A DNA stretch of 64,000 nucleotides from Octopus sinensis (lineage: Eukaryota): the NCBI RefSeq assembly GCF_006345805.1, contig NC_043002.1, forward strand, positions 50,406,001-50,470,000. Reading direction: 5' to 3'. The notes under the pieces were generated by a model that made no database searches, was not told where the DNA came from, and saw nothing but the letters and a program-made list of their open reading frames with translations. Shown here piece by piece: positions 12,111-28,255 of this stretch (position 1 is its first letter; every line of letters starts with the position of its first letter). The position numbers and the translations under genes are program-made.

Positions 12111-13721
12111 CAGTTGCGGCCAAAATGTTCAGAACGGCATTGTTTTTGTCAGAAAAGTAGGTATAAGTTTTTATCAAAGTTGTTTTATATTCTATAATTT
12201 TTACAAACAATAAATACAATATTAATTGGTATTCTCTGAGATTTTGGTGTAATTTGAGTCGATAATACAAAAGTTATGGATGATTTAGTGATTTACTGCA
12301 AAACCCATGGTGGCCAAAAGGATTAGAACGGTTGAAAAAATAACAAAATAATCAAAAATGACAGAGAATACTGGAATTATTTCATATTTAGTGTGAAGCC
12401 CTTTAGCTTCAATCAAACTTTGACATCTTTGACTGCATGAGGAAATTAAATTTTCAATTTCTTGCTGGGTGATCTTATTCCATTCTTCCTGAAGGGCATT
12501 CCATAATTGCTCGGTTGTTTTAGGATTTGTGACTTTCGAACGTTCTCCAGGAGACCTGGATGTTGTCTTTCCGACTCCAGCACATGTTTTCAATAGAATT
12601 GAGATCTGGGCTTTGAGCAGGCCAATCCATGACAATAACCTTTTCAGCCTTGAGGAAGTTCATGACCGCCTTAGCCTTGTGACATGGGGCATTCTCCTGC
12701 ATGACTATGGGTGGTCGCTTAGTTGAATTTCTCAGCACAGGCAAGACATGATCTTTTACAAGTTGTTTATAAACTCCTGCATTTACCTTTCCATGTAATC
12801 GCACCAAAGGGCCACACCATCTCCAGATATCATCCCCCAAACCATGACACTTCCTCCACCGAATTTAACACTAGTCTTAAGGCATTTAGGCGACAACTTT
12901 TCACCTGCTTTTCGACGAACGTACCTTATCCCATCTGAGCCAAATAACATAGACTTAGATTCATCACTGAAATGCACCGTTTGCCATTTTTCTTGAGACC
13001 ACAACACATGTTCGGTTGCAAAGGTAAGATGACATTTTTTATTCTTGGAGCTGATCAGTGGCTTCACTGCAGGTGCTCTTGCTTGAAGGTCATGTTCAAC
13101 TAAACGACGAGACACAGTTTTTCGAGATATAGTTTTCTTCAGTACAATGCTCATTTCCCGAGAAACAGCAGCAGCAGTTTTAAATCTAACCCTTTTAACC
13201 AACTTTACCATAGCACGATCTTCTCTCTTGGTCGTTTTTCTTGGCCTACCTGTAGACTTTCTTGCTTCACATGAACCACAATCATCGAATACCTTAAGAA
13301 CAACGTTTTTTGACTTGTTAACAATCGTTGCAATAGACCCAATACTTAAATTATCCTTCTTTCGAAGCTTAATAATCTGCTGACGAATTGGTAACGGAGT
13401 AAGTGACATTATATTAACAAAGTACACTGCAGATATTCTTACTAATGTTTAGTAAACGAACTGTTACGTAAACAAATTCAAAACATTAGAGTTCGACGGT
13501 TAAATATACTAAAACATTGAGTAAAAGCAACCGTTCTGATCATTTTGGCCGCCATGGGTTTTGCAGTAAATCACTAAATCATCCATAACTTTTGTATTAT
13601 CCTCTCAAATTACACCAAAATCTCGTATTTATTGTCTGTAAAAAGTATACAATATAAAACAATTTTGCTAAAAACTTTTCTGGCGAAAACAATGCCGTTC
13701 TGAACATTTTGGCCGCAACTG
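12111..13721 (-). mobile_element. Near-full-length Tc1-family DNA transposon, 1611 bp
   Basis: TA-flanked termini cagttgcggccaaaatgttcagaacggcattgtttt at both ends; ~210-230 bp TIRs with an inner repeat of the terminal motif. Confidence 0.95.
12381..13409 (-). pseudogene. Tc1 DD34E transposase, frameshifted
   Basis: Three overlapping ORFs: MSLTPL...GRPRKTT...FSDESK...GGGSVMVWG / QENAPCH...WPAQSPDLNSIEN (34 residues between second acidic position and E) / WNALQEEW...GLHTKY. Two frameshifts, second D changed to E, stop lost. Confidence 0.92.
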
Positions 13722-14015
13722 TATATATATATATATATAAATATATGAACATATGCGTGTATATTTATGTACACGTACACACACACTCACACACATACAT
13801 ATGCATACACATAAGCAGACCCACTTTCCTCTGATCCTCACTCACACATACACACACATGAATTAAAAGCACTTCGAACTCGGACACAATAATTATGACA
13901 CCTACATGTAAAACGATAACAAGAAAACGTGGGGGGAGGGAAGTAAAATCATTGATAAATACAACCTTGCCTGTCTGTCTGTTTGTTTCTCTCTTTCTCT
14001 ATTTATCTATCTATC

Positions 14016-14230
14016 GTGGAAATACGTGGCTTGTGGTAAGGGTGTTGTATCTATGATCATGAGATTGCGGTTTCGATTCTTGGATCAGGCGATGCTTTGT
14101 GTTCTTGAGCAAAACACTTCATTTCACGTTGCTCCAGTCTGTTCAGCTGGCAAAAATGAGTAATCCTGCGACGGACCGGTGTCCTGTCTAAGGGAGAAAT
14201 GTATACGCTGTAGAATCCAGGAAACCTCCT
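14016..14230 (+). mobile_element. SINE family B
   Basis: tRNA-like head and body homologous to 6859-7074. Confidence 0.8.
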
Positions 14231-14267
14231 TTTGTGATTTATGACTGAGGAAAGACCGTTGATTTTA

Positions 14268-14351
<84 letters not shown>

Positions 14352-15134
14352 ACGCATGTCTCTTTCTGTTTCTTCATGTGTTTTACTGTTACACTATTTT
14401 ACTCGATATGTAATTTCAACAGATATGCAATACGCTTCCGTTCCACACTCACTTATGCATACACAGATGCAGGGCACTACTTACATACAGGCGTAATGTA
14501 TAGGCATGCATGACTCACACACACACCTTCATATTTGTACATACGTTCATACTTATGCTTACAACCTACTACATCTAAATTAATTATTTGAGAGGTATGA
14601 ATTAATTTTTCTACGCAGTTGCTCAGAATGCTAGAAAATACATATAAAACTTGCATCTGAACCACAGAAAACACTTTCAAAACAAGATTTTATGCTCACA
14701 AGAATTCCTTTAAATAAATGGGAAATAGGTCATCAACTTGTTTGTCAAAAAATGTATGGCAAATGAAAGAAATGAGTTGTTGCCTCACTCCAAATCTAAT
14801 GGTCTATATTGGAAAAAGCAAGTCTATACAGTAATAGAGCCTTAATAGACCTACCACTATTTAAAAGTTTTATACGTATTTGAAGCAGCAGGCTATGATT
14901 TAAAATCTCTTTTATATCACACTCTACTGTCTAAAACAAGTATATAATGTATTGTGTCTGAAAATATGCAGGGATAATTACAGCTACACAGCTACAGCAT
15001 GCCCGTTACCATAGATTTAATCGATCAAACTGGGGCTGGAACTAAGTTACAATAAGAACTACGTCAGTCTATGTAGAGGAGTAAATGTATGACTTTTATT
15101 TATCTGAGTGTCAGATAAAAATGTTTTGCTTTAA

Positions 15135-15400
15135 GGCTGCGAGTTGGCAGAGTCGTTAGCCCGCCGGGTAAAATGTTTAGTGACATTTCGTCCAACTTTA
15201 CGTTCTGAGTTCAAATTTCGCCGAGGTCGACTTTGCTTATCATTCTTCCAGATTCAATAAAATAAGTACCAGTTAGAAACTGGAGCTGATGTAATCAACT
15301 TACCCGCTACCTCGTACTTACTGACCTTGAGCAAAAATTTGAAACCAATATTTTTTCGGGTTCTTTATGTTCTGAGTTCAAATCTTGCCTGGAATAACTT
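15135..15400 (+). mobile_element. SINE family C (Deu/Nin-domain-like)
   Basis: ggctgcgagttggcagagtcgttagc...gttctgagttcaaatttcgccgaggtcgactttgc...aaataagtaccag. Confidence 0.75.
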
Positions 15401-15999
15401 TGCCTTTTAATAAATATCAAGAAAAACAACAGTCTATTTTGAACGAATGTAGAGAAGGAAATATATGATGTTGTACCTTGTATTCTTTTCCTCATGCCAA
15501 ATGTTCCATGTAAAAGCTGAAGGCACATCGGGAATTCGATAACTTGCACGGTGATAACTACATCAGGTACTGAAACATTAATATCGTACGTTAGAACCGA
15601 AGTTTATCAGAAAGAAGACGAGAGGGAAATACATTTGATGTAACTGGCATTTCTTACATGGTAAGCAGAGGAACGAAATACGATATAAATGTGAGCTGAC
15701 CCACGCGTGATTTGAACTGAGGGCGCTAGAAAAAAGGAGACTGATTTGACACTCTTCAGTTACAGATTTAGTTCGACCGATGCTCTACCAGTTCGCTATA
15801 CTATCATTTCACCACCGTCACAAATACATATCAAATATAATGTCTGCACGTACGCACGCACACACACATACATACACACGCACACACACACACACACACA
15901 CACATAGGTACACAGATAAATAGATTTATACACATACACACATTCATATATACATACATTTATTCATACATACATATCTATCTATCTATCTATCTATCT

Positions 16000-16055
<56 letters not shown>

Positions 16056-16215
16056 ATATATATATAATATATATAATATATATATATATATAATATATAT
16101 ATATATATACATATACATACATACACACACACACACATACATACATACATACATACATACACACGCACACGCATATATATGTACACTCACACACACACAC
16201 TCATATATTCATATA

Positions 16216-16295
<80 letters not shown>

Positions 16296-16515
16296 GCCGT
16301 ATTTTGAAATATTATTTTGAGAAAATACAAACTCTGGCAATGGCATTAATCCTAAAAAGAAACATAGAGATCCCCCAATCGATATGTCTACATCCTAGAT
16401 ACAATATAGTAGATTGTTGCAACCTTTTCGTGGGATCAGATCATGAGTAAATCAACGCTCAGTAATATGAACACAAAATTCATTGCTTAAAAAATTTCCA
16501 ACTATCCCCAATGCC

Positions 16516-18258
<1,743 letters not shown>

Positions 18259-18270
18259 GTATATATATAT

Positions 18271-18394
<124 letters not shown>

Positions 18395-20329
18395 TCTGTG
18401 CTTGTGTTTTATCGGTATATCTCCTAGCTAATGCCAGTATACCATGACCTCTGTCGCTCTATTCATTATCACCAGCTCACCACTATTTCTTATTCAGTTA
18501 TCTCCACCTAATCTGTGACTCTTGCTTATCGCGCCAGATATCTTTCTATCCACACCTTTGCTGCTCCTCCGCCCTCTAGCTCTACCACCAGCACCAGCAG
18601 CATTTGCAACAGTTCTGCTGTAAACTGTAACACAAGTACGGTAACCACCGTGGCTCTACCATTGATTTTTGTTTTATTTTTCAATACTACCGCAGATACT
18701 ACAAAAACCACTGCTTGTAATGACAGTGTTTCAGCTTTCGCAGTCTTCATTCGTCGTCTTTAACTGTTTTTTTCGTACTTCATCCAACATTATCAGCATC
18801 AACACCAGCATCAGCATCAGCTGCAATATCAGGAGCGGCTCCACCGGCCCTACCGGCCCTACCGGCCCTACCACCAACTCCACCACCAGCACAACCATCA
18901 CTAAACCACCACTGCTGCCATCTAAGCAATACACCAGTTTCATTTAGGATTGAACGTAATTTTCCAGTGATAACTGGTACTGCTTACACTTTTGAAGTTG
19001 AGCACCAACACATCCATAATACCTCTGCTTTGAAATTATCACATTTCGTAGGCTTTTTCAATCGTTTGTCGGTAATTTTTTGATTCTTTTTTTTTCATAT
19101 GTCGTGTTTAATGCCACCTGATCTACGAGTTCAGTGGTTCTGTCTGTCTGGAAGAAAAAGTACCATGGAATTTGGGGTTTACCAGATGCAGAGCATGTTC
19201 TGATACATGATTATACCACATGGGAGAAGTATTGTATAACAGATGTTAAAAAGTAATTAGTGTAAATTGAAACAAACCTTATCATGACGTCACCTATATT
19301 CTTTCAGAGCTAATATTTTGCTGCCTTTTATAATATTTTGAATACTTTCATTGCTGGTTGCGCAAGCAACTCTCCTTCGTCGAAGTAGCAGAATAAACAC
19401 CCTATCTTTAGAGTTTAATCTGAGCACATCCCACCTATAAGCTCTAAGTTTCTCTCGATGTTACTCTCGTTCGATGTTTCTCTCGTTCGATGCTTCTCTC
19501 GTTAGATGTTTCCAGAGCCACTCAGACGAAGAGTCATGATTTTATACACTTTTGGTGTATTTGTGGAACTGTCCATATAACTGCATTTCTTGTAGCGCTT
19601 CCTCCTTTGTTATTATTTCTTCTCAGCCTCTGCTCAAATAAGTCCTAGTTCTGTTACAGTATCCTTCTTCACATTACCGGTGTATCTGTGGAACTATCCA
19701 CTTAACTATCCATTTTTTCAAACGATTCCCTTATTATTATACTTTTTTCCTCTTCACCATCACCTCACATAAGTCATAGTTTTGTTGCAGTATATTAAAA
19801 CTGTTCTTTACTTTTTCCATAGTTGTGTTTTATTTACATTTGTTTGTCATCCACGCAATCAAAAATGCTCTCTTATGTCCAGTCTTCTAGTGTAGGTACA
19901 AACACTTGACGTTTGCTATTGGATGCAAATTGTATTCCATGCATAGTTAGGGTTTTCTAATTTTTTTCGGTCTAATGCTCTGTTAATATCATTATATAAT
20001 TTTTCAACATTTGATAGTTCCAGGCAAATTTCTACTGCATCACGTGCTATTCCTCAGTGTTGCTGGGGAGTGTGCAGCATTGTGTGGTCTTTTCTCATGC
20101 TGGGAGTGTGCAAACTCTTTCCCGGTATTGTAATGCGTCAGACTTTTTCTCTTGAGGTGTGATGCAGTTTTTTGTTGTATTACTGCTTGTATTGTGCGTT
20201 GAGTGTGTAATGCGTTGGTTATCTAGCTTGCTGGTCGAAGTTTATTTCACTGGATAATTGCTGTATAGCGTGTGTTTTGCGTTTGTGGGTTGTTTTCTTT
20301 AGGTTGTATTATTGAATTGATAATGTTTT

Positions 20330-20720
20330 GCGTAGGATGTGGGGTATTCCTAGCAGGGCTACTTTTTTGGATAGTGTGTAATGTATAGTTTCTATGTTTT
20401 TGTTCATACGTTTTTTATCATGTCCAATGCTCCAATTATTATTGGTATTGTTTTCATCTTCATGCCCCACATCTTGAATACTTCAATTTCGTGGTCTCTG
20501 TATTTCGACAATTTCACCACTTCTTTTTGGATCAGAACGGACTGCAATGTCTATGAGCAAGCAGGTGTTTTTTTTAACCAATCCTTGATTATTGTGTCTG
20601 GGCGATTAGCTTTTATTGCTTTGTCGGTTTGATCCGGCATATCCTAGATGATTGTGGCCTGGTCGTTGTCGTGTACCTTGTTTGGCACCTGTCTATATCA
20701 TCTATTATCATTTTTAATGT
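20330..20720 (-). mobile_element. RLE-type non-LTR retrotransposon 3' fragment (R4/Dong-like)
   Basis: Frameshifted translation NRPDTIIKDW..CLLIDIAV...KLSKYRDHEIEVFKMWGMKMKTIPIIIGALDM: restriction-like endonuclease motifs. Confidence 0.75.
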
Positions 20721-20827
20721 TGTAGTTTAATATTTTCATTGACCATTTCCTCTATGGTTTTTGCTATTCCAAATATGCTCATTGTTTTACTTATCCAACT
20801 GTTTGGTACCACGTCATATACTCTTAC

Positions 20828-21025
20828 TCTTTTACTCTTTTACTTGTTTCAGTCAGTTGACTGCTGCCATGCTGGAGCACCACCTTTAGTCGAGCAAATC
20901 GACCCCGGGACTTATTCTTTGTAAGCCCAGTACTTATTCTATCGGTCTCTTTTGCCGAACCGCTAAGTGACGGGGACGTAAACACACCAGCATCGGTTGT
21001 CAAGCAATGCTAGGGGGACACACAA

Positions 21026-21056
<31 letters not shown>

Positions 21057-21223
21057 CATATATACGACAGGCTTCTTTCAGTTTCTGTCTGCCAAATCCA
21101 CTCACAAGGCATTGGTCGGCCCGGGGCTATAGCAGAAGACACTTGCCCAAGATGCCACGCAGTGGGACTGAACCCGGAACTATGTGGTTGGTTAGAAAGC
21201 TACTTACCACACAGCCACTCCTG
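20828..21223 (-). mobile_element. SINE family A, well preserved
   Basis: Full head to (aagagt)n tail. Confidence 0.85.
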
Positions 21224-21527
21224 CTTTTTTGTAATCTAGTCATCCAGTCCTCTCAATCTGCGTTTACAATTTCTAATTATTATCTTATCAACTAATAAGT
21301 GATCTTTTGTTGCCCTGTTTTGATTCCTGCATCCTTTCTGTTCTGGAAGTATATTTTTGGTTGTATAACTCTTTCGCCAAGACATTGGTCATAAGCTTCC
21401 ACATTAGTGGTAAACAGGTTGTAAGTCCAAAATTTGATGCCAAGTTCCCTTTCAAGGGATCTTTAAGGCATAGCAGCCTTCGTCCACTTGTCATCCAAGC
21501 AGGGACGTGACCTTGCGCAACGATCCT

Positions 21528-21745
21528 TTCTTCTTCTTCTCTTTCTTCTTTTTCTTCTTCTTCTTCTTCTTCTTCTTCTTCTTCTTCTTCTTCTTCTTCT
21601 TCTTCTTCTTCTCTTCTTCTTCTTTCTTCTTCTTCTTCTTCTTCTTCTTCTTCTTCTCCTTTTCTTCTTCTTCTTCTTCTTCTTCTTCTTTTTTCTTCTT
21701 CTTCTTCTTCTTCTTTTTTCCTTTTCTCATTCTTCTTCTTCTTGA
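21528..21745. repeat. (TTC)n microsatellite
   Basis: Directly visible. Confidence 0.95.
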
Positions 21746-22285
21746 GTGAGAGAGCAATGCATGCTATCAAAGTGACACTGGGGTACAGATACACGAAACC
21801 CATATGCACATCATGACTACCTGTCTGATAAGGGTACACCAGCCACATGCATCAATACTATGTGTGCGCGACATGGTGACCTTATATCAAGATATCAGCA
21901 CATGACCTAGCTGATGGGGCCCAGTTAGAATTTCCTTCATATTGAGTTGCCCATCCCACTAAAAAGATCACAGAATGAGGGTTGCTCAAGGATGATGAAC
22001 GAAACCCCTATGTTTCCAGAGGTGAATTATTCAAACTACAAAGAAATCCTTTCAACACATGCTCCCCCACTACTTCTTCTCGTGATCATAGATGCACATA
22101 TTATCAGCCACTAAGGGATATGCTCATCTGGTGAGATTCAAGCAACTGACAAGCAAATATGTGGTATTGAGTAGAATATTTGCTGTAGTCCATCATTTAT
22201 ACCAAAACAAACTTGTACCTGATAACATTTCCAACCAGTTAAGATCAGAAGTCATGAAAGCTACTGCCTGGTAATGCATCAAGGC

Positions 22286-22346
<61 letters not shown>

Positions 22347-22382
22347 GTTGTTGTTGTTGTTGTTGTTGTTGTTATTATTATT

Positions 22383-22760
22383 CCTTCTTTCTTCAAATTT
22401 TCTTCCGTTTCTCGCCGAGTGTTTTCCGTACACCTAGGGCAGAGAAGCTCATTGTATGCATTCACAGATTACACACACAAATTCACAGGTAAAATATGTA
22501 TTTAAAAATTAACAAACAAATAAATTCATGAATGGATGTTGTTTTCACAGTGATAATGCTCTTCACAGTACATGAGCCGTTCCAGTTAACACGATTTTTT
22601 GCACTTCCTCTAGGGATGGTAAGACTGGTATCATTTTCAAATAGGTTTCAGTATTTTTTTTTTATCATTCCTAGAGCTCTTACAATCACTGGTACTGTAG
22701 ACACCTTGAGATATCACATTGTTTTAATTTCTGTTAGCAAGTCTTTATATTTACTGATCT
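22383..22760 (-). mobile_element. RLE-type non-LTR retrotransposon 3' end with UTR
   Basis: KISKYKDLLTEIKTM*YLKVSTVPVIVRALGMIKK...IVLTGTAHVL; the 3' end runs into (AAT)/(AAC)n at 22288-22382. Confidence 0.8.
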
Positions 22761-23291
22761 TCTTCTTTCTTCTTCTTCTTCTTCTTCTTCTTCTTCTTCT
22801 TCTTCTTCTTCTTCTTCTTCTTCTTCTTCTTCTTCTTCTTCTTCTTCTAATTATTATTATTATTATTCGACTTGAGTCAGACTTCGTATTATTCCTGGTA
22901 GAATTTATGTGGGTAGCAGGTTATAAAGTGTAATCTTAGATATCTATAAGGTTTGAATAATATTTCAAGCGTTCAAAACCCTTTTGATAGTCTTTTCTGT
23001 TCTTAAAAGGGAAATTTTTTCTAGAATTTTTACAGGACATTACATTCCAAGCTTATTCAGACTTTTGTCAATATAATTACTCAGGGTCCCCAATGAACCA
23101 ATTATTTAACGTACGACTTTTACAGTTTTCAAATTCCAAATTCCTGCAATTTCAAATTTTGTGAGTCACACAAATGTTGACTCACAAACTCATTTATACA
23201 CGGATAGATAGCCAGACTCACTTGCACTCACGCATACATATGAGCAAACAAACGCGCACACTGAATCTCCATCATATTCGCATAAGATAAA

Positions 23292-24010
23292 GCGGTGAGC
23301 CGGCAGAGTCATTAGCAGCACGTCAGGCAAAATGCTTAACGGTATTTCGTCTGCCCCCTACGTTCTGAGTTCAAATGCCGCCGAGTTCGGCTTTGCCTTT
23401 CATCCTTTCGGGGTCGATAAATTAAGTACCAGTTACGCACTAGGGTCGATATAATCGACTTAATCCGTCTGTCAGTCCTTGTTTGCCTCCTCTCTGTGGG
23501 GAGTAAAGAAATAGGTATTTTGTCTGCCGCTACGTTCTGAGTTCAAATTCCGCCGAGGTCGACTTTGCCTTTTATCATTTCGGGGTCGATTAAATAAGTA
23601 CCAGTTACGCACTGGGGTCGATATAATCGACTTAATCCGTTTGTCTGTCGTTGTTTGTCCTCTCTGTGTTTAGCCCCTTGTGGGTAGTAAAGAAATAGGT
23701 ATTTCGTCTGCCGGTACGTTCTGAGTTCAAATTCCGCCGAGGTCGACTTTGCCTTTCATTCTTTCGGGCTCGATTAAATAAGTACCAGTTACGCACTGGG
23801 GTCGATATAATCGACTTAATCCGTTTGTCTGTCCTTGTTTGTCCTCTCTGCGTTTAGCCACTTGTGGGTAGTAAAGAAATAGGTATTTCATCAGTCTTTA
23901 CGTCCTAAGTTCAAAAACCGCCAAGGCCGAATTTGTCTTTTATCCTTTCGTGTTCGATAAAATAAATACCAGTCAAGTTTTGGGGTCCTCGAAATTGCAG
24001 GTCTTGTGCA
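23292..24010 (+). repeat. Head-to-tail tandem array of SINE family C
   Basis: One head (23292-23340), then units restarting at ggtattt at 23341, 23514, 23698 and 23882. Confidence 0.9.
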
Positions 24011-24044
24011 GAATTTAAAGCCAATATTTATAGCAGATAACCCG

Positions 24045-24260
24045 TCGGGCTGGCAGAATCGTCAGCACGCCGAGCAAAATACTTAGTGCTATTTCGCCCG
24101 TCTTCACATTCTGAGTTCTAATTCCGCCGATGTTGACATTATCTTTCATCATTTCGGGATCGATAAAATAAGTACCAGTTGACTACTGAGATTAATATAA
24201 TCGACTTTCCCCACTGCTCTCAAATTGCTGGCCTTGTGCCAAAATTTGAAAGCAATATCT
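24045..24260 (+). mobile_element. SINE family C
   Basis: gggctggcagaatcgtcagcacgccg...ataagtaccag...gccttgtgccaaaatttgaa. Confidence 0.75.
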
Positions 24261-24632
24261 TTAATAAATAAGAAACGGCGAGCTGGCTCGACCTTTACCA
24301 CACTGGGCAAAATGCTTTAGGGTATTTCGTCTGACTGTGCGTCCTAAACTCAAATACCACCGTGACCTACTTTCGGGTTCAGTACCAGTCAAATCCTGGT
24401 GTCCTCCATGTAATCCACTTACCCACCTTCCCTCAAAATTGCTGGCCTTGTGCAAAAACTTGAGACCAATATTCACATTAGATTCATTCTGACCCCTGTA
24501 CATGCACAAATGTTTAACTTTCGAGATGTTATTGTATGTGAATAAGAGAATGTTTATATACACATATACAAGCTATATATCTACGTAAAATAAATATTTG
24601 CATGTGTGTGTTTGTGTGAGTGCGTTACAAAT

Positions 24633-24685
<53 letters not shown>

Positions 24686-25423
24686 TATACATATATACAT
24701 ATGTAATATATATGTATTTATGTATATATATATACATAGATACATACATACATACATTATATATATTATATATATATATAATATATATATACAAAAATAT
24801 AATTATGTCTATAAATATACACACAGAAATATGATATTTAGGTATGACTATATATGTGTGTATGAATGAGCATATGTTTACACACACGCACACACCCGTA
24901 CTCTTACCCATACACAACTGCGTGTGCGCCCATTGGTAAGTACGTCTGTATAATTATATATTTCTTTATATAAGTATATATACATACATACACTCTGTGT
25001 GTGTATATACATATATACTTATACATACATATATACGTATATATATATGTATAAGTATATATATATATGTATAAGTATATATGTATACACACACACACAT
25101 GTTTACGCGCATATAGCTGAATATATATATATATATACACATATATATATATATATATTTATGTATGCTATTTGCGTCCACATATAAATGTATATATGTA
25201 TATACATACATATATGCGCATACTTACTCACAGAGAGATGTACATACACACACACATATATGTATATACGCATATATGCTTATATATATATGCATATATA
25301 TATATATACACATATACATGCAAATATGTACATATACACATATACATATGCATATATAAGCATATTTATACATACACATACGCGCATGCGCACACACGCA
25401 CACATACACAAACACGCACGTAC

Positions 25424-25464
<41 letters not shown>

Positions 25465-25919
25465 TTCTCTCTGTCTCTCACGGACACACGCACATCATAT
25501 ATCAAGCGGGAGAAGCTCGGAAATAGCATTAAAATCCTTCTATTTCGCTATAAACAATTTGTTCAACTCTACAATCGAAATCATAAATCACCGCTTTATA
25601 TCTTTTCTACCTGTATTTACAGATGTGATTAATTTTCTAGTTGAGATTTAGTGTGTCGTATAAACATATTTTCAACTTCCACTGCACATTCCCTACTTCA
25701 TGCTACTCACCACACGCCGCACACCGTACAACACAGACGGACTAACACTCAAACACACACATACTCACACACACACACATTCACACACACACACACATAT
25801 ACACTCATGCACGCACACGAACTTACACTGCTCCTCGGTCTCCCCGTCGTACACCCTAAGCTTTATACCATTACCATAGCATTCCGTTTTTCCCCCATCA
25901 TGATGTTACTCAGCAAGTC

Positions 25920-25949
25920 TTGCCGCCGCCGCTGCTGCTACTACTACCG

Positions 25950-25995
<46 letters not shown>

Positions 25996-26080
25996 AGCAT
26001 AGTCTTCCCAACAACAACAACGCTGCCGCCGCCACCGCCACCGCCGTCGCCGCCGCCGCCACCACCACCACCACCACCAC
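25920..26080. repeat. Compound trinucleotide repeat (GCC/ACT/CCA)
   Basis: Directly visible. Confidence 0.9.
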
Positions 26081-28255
26081 AACCAAAATACACTTCTCCT
26101 TATCTTCCTCCAACCTTCTCCAACCTTCTCTTCCTCCTTCCCTCCATCATTGTCTTTAACCTTCCTTTTCCACTTCATTAATTTTTTTTCCCCGTGTTTA
26201 TCATTGCACGTAATGTTATAAATTTACATCTCCTTCAAACCCTCATACGCCGTTAATTTACTAATCATTAACCTTCTAGCTCCTGATCCTAACTTTTCTT
26301 TAGATAATAAAATTTTTAGTCATTACCCCCTAACCTCTCCCCCGCTTTACAGTTCTTCTTTGTTATACTTCCTTTATTATTTGTTACTTCATACTATTCT
26401 TTTTGTTTTTCATTAGTTGCGCCCACCCTTTGCTTTACTTCTGAATTACCTATTAAACACTTTTACTCCACCCTCCACTCAGAGCTTTACCCTTATTATT
26501 ATTATTATTATTATTATTGTTGTTGTTGTTGTTAATATTTGCCAATGTCGTTGCTTGTGCTGTTGTTGCAATTGTTATTGTTGCTAATGTTAGTATTATG
26601 TTGGCTTGTTGCGATTGCCATGTTTTTACTTTTGCTCTTGTTATTAATGTCTCTGTTGATCCTGCTGTTGCTATTGTTACTGTTGCTAATATTATTTTTA
26701 TTTTATTATTGTTGCTTATGGTTGTTGCTATTTTTCTCTATTTCTCTTGTTATTCATGTCACTCTCGTTGCTGTTGATCCTTCTGTTGCTAATGTTACTG
26801 CTGCTAATGTCGGTGTTATTGTTGTTTGTTGCTGTTGCTATGTTTGTTTTTTATGCTCTTGTTATTAACGTCACCGCGTTGCTGTTGAACTCGCTGTTGC
26901 TATTGTTATTGTTGCTAATGCTGGTGTTATTGTCGTTTGTTGCTGTTGCTATTTTTTGTTTTTATGAACGTCACTGTTGTTGTTGATCCTGTTGTTGCTA
27001 TTGTCACTACTGCTAATGTCATTATCATCGCTGTCTTTGTTGTTGTGGTTCTTTATGTTCTTTTTCTTCTTCCTGTTGTTGCTGTTGCTTTCGTTGTTCT
27101 TGTTAATACTGCAGTTGTTGTACTCGTTCTTGTTGCTAATATTCCAGTCGTTGTGGTTGTTGCTCTCGTTATTGCTGTTGTTGCTAATGTCATCATTTCC
27201 CTTACTGCTGCGTCTACATCAGTCTTCATTAAGTTTTGTCACAATAATTGTAGTTTATTTCCAGATCAAACAGATCTACTATCGAAAGTTAACTCAAGCG
27301 TGACCGTCCAATTCCATAATTTGTCAAAATTTTTCCATCAAATATATCATGTCTAGGATCACAATATCCTAGATATTGTGATACTAGATACTATTGTGAT
27401 CAATAGCCCATACGTTTTAAGATGCTAGCGTACAATTTGAGGTAGATTTAGCTACTGTTTTGAGCAGATCAAGTGTTCTCACAGAGGTTCCCTCATTACT
27501 GTTTCCAGTTTTTAATATACTGTTATTGTTGACGTTGCTGCTGTTGTTTTCGCTATTATTGTCGCGGGTGTTGTTGCTACAATCATTGTTCAAGTTGTTA
27601 TAGTTGTTGTTGTTGTTGTTGTTGTTACTGATGTTCTTGTAGTTATTCTTATTTATCCCCAGGTCGATCCTGATCGAGCATTTTTGTGATTAAATATGTT
27701 CCAGCACTTAGCACATTGTCCAATATGGAATTCAAATTTTTGTTCAAAGCTTGCAATTTTGAGGGCGGATAAGTCGATTGCATCGACTCCAGTTTTCAAC
27801 TCGCACGTATTCTATCGACCCTGAAAGGCTGAATGGCAAAGTCGAACTCAGAACGCATGCTAACAGTTCTACCAGCTCATCGCCTTCAACACAAATAGTC
27901 CAATATTGTCATTACTTTTTTAAGGCTGTAGAGTGTGTAATTTGATGGTAATCTACTCGCTGTTTCCAGGAGAAAGAACGGTCACCAAAATGGACACTTC
28001 GTTAGTTCATGTTAAAGATGTGTCATTATTGTAGCGGTTTCTGCTGCTAGCACCTTACATGTTCATGTAGATTTGGCTACTATTCTCAGCAGATCAATTT
28101 CCTGTTGTTTATGCTGTTGCCGTTGATGTTGATGCTACTGCTATTGTTCCCATTGCTGCTGCTGTCTTCTTCTTCTTCTTCTTCTTCTTCTTCTTCTTCT
28201 TCTTCTTCTTCTTCTTCTTCTTCTTCTTCTTCTTCTTCTTCTTCTTCTTCTTCCT

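Noticed and set aside
18835-18875. Gly-Pro-X collagen-like repeat (accggccct x3)
   Set aside because: Only three 9-bp units within degenerate trinucleotide sequence.
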